Below are positions 55,173 to 60,591 of a stretch of DNA of 60,591 nucleotides, piece after piece (within the stretch, counting starts at the first letter, position 1; each line of letters begins with the position of its first letter). A program made the translations under genes and the position numbers. The notes under the pieces were generated by a model. That model was not told where the DNA came from, ran no database searches, and saw only the letters and a list, made by a program, of their open reading frames with translations. The stretch covers positions 1 to 60,591 of the forward strand of contig MHMH01000006.1 in NCBI GenBank assembly GCA_001819335.1, in the 5' to 3' direction. The stretch comes from Candidatus Nealsonbacteria bacterium RIFCSPLOWO2_01_FULL_43_32. GTDB taxonomy: Bacteria; Patescibacteriota; Minisyncoccia; Minisyncoccales; MHMH01.

Positions 55173-55206
55173 ACCTCCCGAGGGTCAGTAAACACCCTCG
55201 GGAGGT
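55173..55206 (-). promoter_or_regulatory. SD-sequestering hairpin upstream of rpsK (family copy)
   Basis: ACCTCCCGAGGGT (55173-85) pairs with ACCCTCGGGAGGT (55194-206). GGAGG lies 9-10 nt before the ATG. Confidence 0.75.
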
Positions 55207-55215
55207 ATTTAATTA

Positions 55216-55605
55216 TTAAGTTGGTTCGGCGGCTGGCTTACGGCCCGAACCCACGGTTTTTCTGACGTTCCCCCTGACCGTTCGGTTGTTGGTGCTGGTT
55301 CTCTGGCCCCTGACAGGCAAACCCTTGAGATGACGCAGTCCCCTCCAAGAACCAATATCTTTTAATCTTTTAATATTCATCATCCGCTCTCTCCTCAAAT
55401 CGCCTTCAATCTTATAGGTTTTCTCAATCAGGTCCTTAAGCTGGTTGATTTCGGCCGGAGTGAGCTGGGTGGCTTTGGCTGCGGGATCTATCTTGGTTTC
55501 GCTCAAAACTTTCTTACTCAAAGAACGGCCTATGCCGTAAATATAGGTCAGCGCTATCTCTATTTGTTTGTTTTCGGGTATATTAACCCCGGCAATACGC
55601 GGCAT
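55216..55605 (-). CDS. rpsM: 30S ribosomal protein S13
   Basis: MPRIAGVNIP....I.IALTYIYGIG. Confidence 0.95.
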   Translation of the reverse strand: MPRIAGVNIPENKQIEIALTYIYGIGRSLSKKVLSETKIDPAAKATQLTPAEINQLKDLIEKTYKIEGDLRRERMMNIKRLKDIGSWRGLRHLKGLPVRGQRTSTNNRTVRGNVRKTVGSGRKPAAEPT

Positions 55606-55616
55606 ATAACAAAAAA

Positions 55617-55730
55617 TTAACCCTGGCGTTGTTTGTGTTTCGGGTTTTTACAGATGACATAAATTTTTCCTTTACGTCGAACTATTTTGCAATGACTGCA
55701 GATTGTTTTGACCGATGGTTGTACCTTCAT
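55617..55730 (-). CDS. rpmJ: 50S ribosomal protein L36
   Basis: Hand translation [37 protein letters not shown] (37 aa). Not in the ORF track. Confidence 0.9.
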   Translation of the reverse strand: MKVQPSVKTICSHCKIVRRKGKIYVICKNPKHKQRQG

Positions 55731-55740
55731 AAAAAATCAT

Positions 55741-55799
55741 CGAATAGCGAATCAGTTGCGAATTTACGAATTCGTATATTCGTATTTTTTCGTTATTCG
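55741..55799. promoter_or_regulatory. CGAAT/ATTCG dyad array upstream of rpmJ
   Basis: CGAAT at 55741, 55748, 55759 and 55767. ATTCG at 55770, 55778 and 55795. Central TACGAATTCGTA as before rnc. Confidence 0.5.
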
Positions 55800-55808
55800 T
55801 TGATTTAT

Positions 55809-56030
55809 TTATTTTCCTCGATAAACTATCCTGCCTTTAGTGGCGTCGTAAGGACTCATTTCCACGGTGACTTTGTCGCCCGGCAAAATCCTGATATGGA
55901 ACAGGCGTAATTTTCCGGCCAGATGGGCGGTAATTTCTCTGCCGTCATCTAATTTCACCTTAAAATGAGTACTGGGAAGCGCCTCTAAAACTAATCCGTT
56001 ATATCTTAGGATTTTCTTATCTGATTTCAT
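55809..56030 (-). CDS. infA: Translation initiation factor IF-1
   Basis: 73 aa S1-like protein; GKLR...[21 protein letters not shown]. Confidence 0.95.
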   Translation of the reverse strand: MKSDKKILRYNGLVLEALPSTHFKVKLDDGREITAHLAGKLRLFHIRILPGDKVTVEMSPYDATKGRIVYRGK

Positions 56031-56068
56031 TAATTAATATATAACTAAGGATAGCAGACAACTAAAAG

Positions 56069-57259
56069 TTAGTCAAGACGGAGCTTGATTTTAATTCGGC
56101 TGATGTCATCCGGCACGATACGGCTCCAAAAAGGCCAAATCCTGACTTGTGCCCGGCTAATTTCCGGAAACTTGTTCAGGGCTGAAACCACATCGTTCAT
56201 CCCAAAGTTTTTAACGTCTTCCTTAACCAAGGTTTCGTTGAAAGCGCTATAAACTACCGCTGATATCCTGAGGTCTAAAACCATCTCTCGCTTAACTAAA
56301 TCAACACTCTTTAAAGTATAGCTCAAAACAAGAGAACCAGCAACCAATTCTTTCCCTCGGGTAATTTTGCTCTGCACATAGGCCTTAGCAAAATCTACTG
56401 ATTCGACTTTTTTGAAAACCAGGGCCTTGGCTTCAGCTTTGGCCTGAAAAGTAAAATTATCTACGGCTTGACCGACCCCTGCTAAGGGTTTCGCTTCAAT
56501 CACATTCGCCTCAATGGCGTCTTCAAGCAAAACATAGTCTTCGGGAGAGATGAAATTTTTTAAAGCTGATTTACTATCAGCTAGGGCCTTTTCCGTGATA
56601 ACCCGTTCGGCTTTATGCAGGTCTTCTTGGTTGACTACGGTGGCTTCGGTTTTGATGCCGCCGCTCATAGGCAAAGAAGATTTCCCGTAAACCGACGTAT
56701 ATCTGGGACTGCCTTTCAAGCCCGGAATGGAAAAAGTGCAGGGGCCGATATTGTATTCGGCGCCAGCGCTGGAAGCGGCCACCGGTACATCAAGTTGCGC
56801 CTGCGAAGGGATGACTACTTTTTCTTTTGTTTTAAATTCCTTTAAGGTATCTCCCTCAAAGCACCAAAGCCGCGTATTTTGCACCAGCGTCTGGGGGAGA
56901 GAATAGTTATTGTAAATTCTGACCACGCCTTCTGCTTTTTCTGCTTTGACGGCTTTGCCGGTGGCAGCAAAATCTTGGCTTGTTAGTTGCGTTTGCGTCA
57001 TCAGCTCCCCTACTGGCGAAAACTGGGTTGTCAATTCCATTGTTTCTTTTACCGGCCAAATTTCTATTTCGGCTTGGGGCTTAATAAAAATAAAACAAAG
57101 AACGCCGACCAATAGCACTCCAGCTGTCATGAAAATCGGCTTTTTAAAACGAAACTTTTTCCGAGCCCCTGAGGATTTCTTAGGCAAAGATTCCTTAGCA
57201 GCTTTGACGATTTTGGGCGACGGCGGAGTAATATCAAAAATCTTTCTCTTGTTGACCAT
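56069..57259 (-). CDS. Hypothetical membrane-anchored protein
   Basis: 396 aa. Basic N-terminus plus one TM helix, then a beta-rich region. Overlaps alaS by 26 nt. Confidence 0.5.
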   Translation of the reverse strand: MVNKRKIFDITPPSPKIVKAAKESLPKKSSGARKKFRFKKPIFMTAGVLLVGVLCFIFIKPQAEIEIWPVKETMELTTQFSPVGELMTQTQLTSQDFAATGKAVKAEKAEGVVRIYNNYSLPQTLVQNTRLWCFEGDTLKEFKTKEKVVIPSQAQLDVPVAASSAGAEYNIGPCTFSIPGLKGSPRYTSVYGKSSLPMSGGIKTEATVVNQEDLHKAERVITEKALADSKSALKNFISPEDYVLLEDAIEANVIEAKPLAGVGQAVDNFTFQAKAEAKALVFKKVESVDFAKAYVQSKITRGKELVAGSLVLSYTLKSVDLVKREMVLDLRISAVVYSAFNETLVKEDVKNFGMNDVVSALNKFPEISRAQVRIWPFWSRIVPDDISRIKIKLRLD

Positions 57260-58886
57260 AGATGATTGCTTTAATTCTTCTGACGCCGGCCCCGGACGAT
57301 TCTTCTTGAATAATCTTCAAACAACCGAGCTCCCTGGTTCTTTTAACATGAGGTCCGGCGCAAATCTCTTTGGAAAAACTATCGATGGAAAAAACCGTCA
57401 CTCGCTCGGGATATTTTTCTTTAAAAAAAGCCAGGGCACCCTGCTTGATAGCTTCATTATAGCTCATTTCCGTCTTTTTAACCTCCAGGTCTTCCTGAAT
57501 CTTCTGGTTAACCAATCCTTCAACTTTTTTAATTTCCATCTCGCTCATTTTCTGGGGGTGGGAGAAATCAAAACGCAATCTGGAAGAAGTGATATCAGAG
57601 CCCATTTGCTTGACCTCAGAACCCAAGACCTCCCTTAAGGCTGCCTGGAGCAAGTGGGTGGCCGTATGAAGCCTGGGTGAAAACTTCCCCCCGCCGCCGA
57701 ATTTGCTCTCCGCTCCGGCCCGGGAAACTTCCTGATGAGACTCCAGCTCTTTATCGAAATCTTCTTTCGTTAGGGCCGCGGCTTTAAGCCCGCCGATTTC
57801 TTTAATCACTTCATAAGGCAACCCGAAGCTCTCGTAAAGCTTAAATGCTTCTTTGGCATCAATCTCCCCCATTTTTTTAAACTCTGCCAATCCCTTATCG
57901 AGCGCTTGATTGAATTTTCTGGATTCCTCGTCAAAAACAGCGTTCGCCGTATTTTTATCGAGATCGGGATAAAAATCTTGGTACTCTTGAACCACCAAAT
58001 TAAATAATTTTTTGAGGGCTGTACCATCTTTTATTAAAACAATCATGCGGCGCAAAAGCCGCCTCAAAACATAGCCTGTTTCTTTATTGAAGGGCCGCAC
58101 GCCGTCGGAAATCAAAAAAACAATGCCCCGGGCATGGTCGGAAACGATTCTTTTTTGGCGCTCCGATAGACTGTCCGGCAACGCTTCCATCAACGGCTCG
58201 AACAGGTCGGTTTCAAAGATACTTTTTTTGCCCTGTGCGATCATGCCGACTCTTTCAAGCCCCCACCCAACATCAACTCCTTTCTGCGCTAAAGGTGTCA
58301 GAGAACCGTCTTTAGCGCAAAAATATTCCACAAAAACCAGGGTGGCTACTTCCAGCCCGTCTATATAAACCTCGTTCGCCGCACCGCAAGGCCCCTCGTC
58401 GCCCACGGGCCCCCAGACGTTATCCTTCTTTGGATTTTTTTTGATTTGCTTCTCTGGTAAAAACTTCAGCCACGTTTGGTATGATTCTTCATCAAAAGGA
58501 ATTTTCTCGTCCCCCTCAAAAACCGTGGCCGTTATCCTATCAACAGAAATTTTTAAAACTTTCGTGAGAAATTCAAAAGTCCATTCTATTGTTTCTTTCT
58601 TGAAATAATCACCAAAAGAAAAATGCCCCAGCATCTCAAGAAACGTCAGGTGGCTGACGTCGCCCACATTATCAATATCGGAAGTCCTGAAACATTTTTG
58701 GCAAGAAGCGACTCTTGGGCCATAGGGTGATTCTTTGCCCAAAAAATACTCCTTAAACTGCTGCATGCCGGCCGTCGTCAACAGCACGGAAGAGTCAGCC
58801 GGTAAAAGAGAAGATGAGGGCACTATTTTATGCCCTTTTTTCTCAAAAAACTTCAAAAACTCCTGCCGTAATTTCTTAGAGTCCAT
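57234..58886 (-). CDS. alaS: Alanyl-tRNA synthetase, short form without the C-Ala domain
   Basis: N-terminus LRQEFLKFFEKKGHKIVPSSSL. Editing motifs HTATHLL and CAGPHV. 550 aa. Confidence 0.9.
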   Translation of the reverse strand: MDSKKLRQEFLKFFEKKGHKIVPSSSLLPADSSVLLTTAGMQQFKEYFLGKESPYGPRVASCQKCFRTSDIDNVGDVSHLTFLEMLGHFSFGDYFKKETIEWTFEFLTKVLKISVDRITATVFEGDEKIPFDEESYQTWLKFLPEKQIKKNPKKDNVWGPVGDEGPCGAANEVYIDGLEVATLVFVEYFCAKDGSLTPLAQKGVDVGWGLERVGMIAQGKKSIFETDLFEPLMEALPDSLSERQKRIVSDHARGIVFLISDGVRPFNKETGYVLRRLLRRMIVLIKDGTALKKLFNLVVQEYQDFYPDLDKNTANAVFDEESRKFNQALDKGLAEFKKMGEIDAKEAFKLYESFGLPYEVIKEIGGLKAAALTKEDFDKELESHQEVSRAGAESKFGGGGKFSPRLHTATHLLQAALREVLGSEVKQMGSDITSSRLRFDFSHPQKMSEMEIKKVEGLVNQKIQEDLEVKKTEMSYNEAIKQGALAFFKEKYPERVTVFSIDSFSKEICAGPHVKRTRELGCLKIIQEESSGAGVRRIKAIIYGQQEKDF

Positions 58887-59002
58887 TTAGCGAGATTTTA
58901 ATTTATGAAAATCGAAGCTGGAAAAGAGAACGAAGTTCTCTTTAACTCCAATTATTATTATAGAGAATTAAAGGTTTTTGAGCAACTCTTAAGCACATCT
59001 AC

Positions 59003-59030
59003 TTGACACCACTTTTCAAATTGCTACAAT
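59003..59030 (+). promoter_or_regulatory. Putative promoter TTGACA-N16-TACAAT
   Basis: Lies 64 nt upstream of the ATG at 59094. The 5' UTR contains the palindrome GAAGAATT-AA-AATTCTTC (59049-66). Confidence 0.5.
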
Positions 59031-59093
59031 TAGATCAGAAATATAGCGAAGAATTAAAATTCTTCTTTATACTTTTTCACTCCATTCAAAATT

Positions 59094-59336
59094 ATGCCAG
59101 AAGAAAATCTCAAACAATTTAAAGATGAAATCTGTCGCCATTTTGATGTTGTGTCGGAAAGAGTGGAAAATAAAATTGGGGTTGTCTCTGAACAAGTTGC
59201 CGCAAATACTGAAACATTAGAAACAATCAAGCTTGATATTGAACTTATTAAAAACGACCTCAAACAGAAAGTTTCCCGCGAAGAATTCGTCATCCTTGAA
59301 AAAAGAATCAGCTTGCTCGAAGCAAAACGAAGATAA
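59094..59336 (+). CDS. Hypothetical 80-aa coiled-coil protein
   Basis: Heptad-like helical sequence with its own promoter and terminator. Confidence 0.5.
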   Translation: MPEENLKQFKDEICRHFDVVSERVENKIGVVSEQVAANTETLETIKLDIELIKNDLKQKVSREEFVILEKRISLLEAKRR

Positions 59337-59361
59337 TTTTCTGTTTAGTCCACAAACTTGA

Positions 59362-59394
59362 ATTAGCGGGATCATTTCCCGCTAATTTATTTTA
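59362..59394 (+). terminator. Intrinsic terminator
   Basis: ATTAGCGGGA-TCATT-TCCCGCTAAT followed by TTATTTT. Confidence 0.7.
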
Positions 59395-59655
59395 AGCAAA
59401 AAGGCCAAGGGTGCTCCCATGAGCCATTGGTATTCCTTAAGAAAGAGGATAATGGCTGACTGAGAGCGCCTCTGACCTTATTTCCCTTTCAGAAACTGCT
59501 AATTTTAGTAATCTCTGAAAGGGAGAGGAAGATAGAAGTGTTTGAGTTCTACCTCCCCCTTTATTTTCTCTGTTTGACCAAATCGCTTTCGCTATTTTTG
59601 GTCAAAGGCGGGTGGCTAATATGTTAGCGTCAGGTTTTAGGCCTGAGTGCGTGCG

Positions 59656-60057
59656 TTAATTTTCCCGTAGAGCCGCGCGCAAGCTCTTGATGATGCGATT
59701 CCGTGATGCTATTTTTTGCTTCGCCATTTCAAGAAAAAGCTCTGCGTTTTCGCGAGAAAGCTTCTCGCCTTCGAGCATAAGCTTTAGATGTTCAACCTCC
59801 AAGTCAAACATCTCGTTTCTCTCAGTCGAATTCCTTAGCTCTTCTAAAGACCACTCTAAATCGAAATCCCAATACCATGGATTTAACTCTAGAGTATGGA
59901 CATGCTTGGCACCACAATTTGAGCAATGAGCCCATTTTTGTGACGCCACACAATCATCCTCTACGGCCTTTGTTAAGCAGAAAGGGCATTTCTCGACAGA
60001 AACTACCTCAACGCAATCGAGATCGTACTGTATCTTTGACCCATCATAAATCCTCAT
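59656..60057 (-). CDS. Hypothetical zinc-ribbon plus coiled-coil protein (133 aa)
   Basis: CPFC...CSNC pair. Start moved to the Met preceded by a GAGGAG SD (60057). Confidence 0.5.
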   Translation of the reverse strand: MRIYDGSKIQYDLDCVEVVSVEKCPFCLTKAVEDDCVASQKWAHCSNCGAKHVHTLELNPWYWDFDLEWSLEELRNSTERNEMFDLEVEHLKLMLEGEKLSRENAELFLEMAKQKIASRNRIIKSLRAALREN

Positions 60058-60283
60058 TTTTCTCCTCTGCCACCCGCCAAGGCAACAGAGCGCCACTATT
60101 TTCACAGCAGCGAGGTGGCCTCTTTTGACATAAGTCTGAAAGGCCACTTCGCCGCCGTGAAAAATATTACAAAGAACTCTTTTAATCTCTTAAGTCCGCA
60201 ATACTTATTACGAACTTGAGAGATTGGAGAATTTACTGAAGGGATAGTGAGATTCCTTTAGAAAATTCTCCTTACTCTTCGGC

Positions 60284-60361
60284 CTACTTAGATGCTTCTT
60301 TGTAGGCCACTGCGTCTTCCCTCTTTAGGAAGACGATGCCGTTAACGACGTAATACGCCAT
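60284..60361 (-). CDS. Candidate 25-aa small ORF with a strong conserved RBS
   Basis: AAAGGAGGTGCCAAG then ATG. Contains hairpin GTCTTCC/GGAAGAC. RBS block shared with 44514. Confidence 0.25.
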   Translation of the reverse strand: MAYYVVNGIVFLKREDAVAYKEASK

Positions 60362-60591
60362 CTTGGCACCTCCTTTTTTTATTTTCTAAACAAACAAACG
60401 ACTTCTCTAAGAGAGAGTCGCCTGTAGAATTATGGTAAGAAAGACTGCCTAAGCTCACTCTCTCTTTATGTTTCTATTATAGCACGCCTTGCAAAATCTG
60501 TCAAGCCCCTGTCGTGGTTCAATACCTTGTAACCACCTTATTGTACAATTATGGATATGGCCTATTCTCAAAACCCCAACCTGCCTCGGGT

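Noticed and set aside
59400-59655. tmRNA, RNase P RNA or SRP RNA in the hairpin-rich spacer.
   Set aside because: By eye, the spacer has no tRNA-like 3' end with CCA and T-arm. It lacks the GAGGAAAGUCC-type P4 core and the GGAAGCAGCC-type SRP helix-8 motif. It is left as unclassified structured DNA.
1-60591. Alternative genetic code (UGA recoding, as in some CPR lineages).
   Set aside because: Conserved genes are full-length under the standard code and several end at TGA at the expected position (e.g. pheS). There is no sign of in-frame TGA in conserved blocks.
60551-60591. A possible + strand gene start (MDMAYSQNPNLPR...) at the window edge.
   Set aside because: Only 41 nt are visible, with no clear RBS or promoter spacing; too little evidence.

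Overview
The window is a compact, almost entirely coding bacterial fragment. Its content looks like a reduced Candidate Phyla Radiation (Patescibacteria, Parcubacteria-like) genome; this is inferred from many domain-trimmed housekeeping proteins, split operons and intein-bearing genes, not from any database search. Standard genetic code fits. Gene order: (1) a minus-strand mraZ-rsmH-ftsL-ftsI cluster ending in a Mur-ligase remnant; (2) a DUF4015-like hydrolase; (3) a membrane protein plus a membrane-anchored Clp/Hsp100 ATPase; (4) tRNA-Val; (5) a GIY-YIG gene; (6) tRNA-Ala, rpsP, rnc, nusB, rpmF, rnhB; (7) a plus-strand block of dnaE, thrS, two unknowns (one a secreted Kazal-type protein), miaB, a split PaaX-like gene and miaA; (8) a long minus-strand run of gatB, deoC, a ThyA fusion, tmk, dCMP deaminase, rplK, nusG, secE, a gyrB carrying two inteins, a mitochondrial-type pheS, three tRNAs, gatCA, mreB, proS, rseP, frr, holB, a second mreB, murA, an MFS transporter, a NUDIX gene, a Cas4-like nuclease, the rpsI-rplM-rplQ-rpoA-rpsD-rpsK-rpsM-rpmJ-infA block and alaS. 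Three divergent RAYT/IS200-like Y1 transposase genes are each flanked by their own palindromic hairpin. The most interesting material is non-coding: (a) a 3-copy perfect hairpin that buries the Shine-Dalgarno of nusB, gyrB and rpsK; (b) dyad-symmetric arrays of 4+4 CGAAT pentamers directly upstream of SD-less genes; (c) conserved double hairpins in tRNA 3' trailers; (d) an array of TTATCC(A/C)C boxes before mraZ; (e) two promoter-to-terminator mini-units with a tRNA-like cloverleaf, antisense inside the linker of the second gyrB intein. No rRNA genes or CRISPR arrays were seen. All calls come from reading the sequence and ORF translations; no searches were run.
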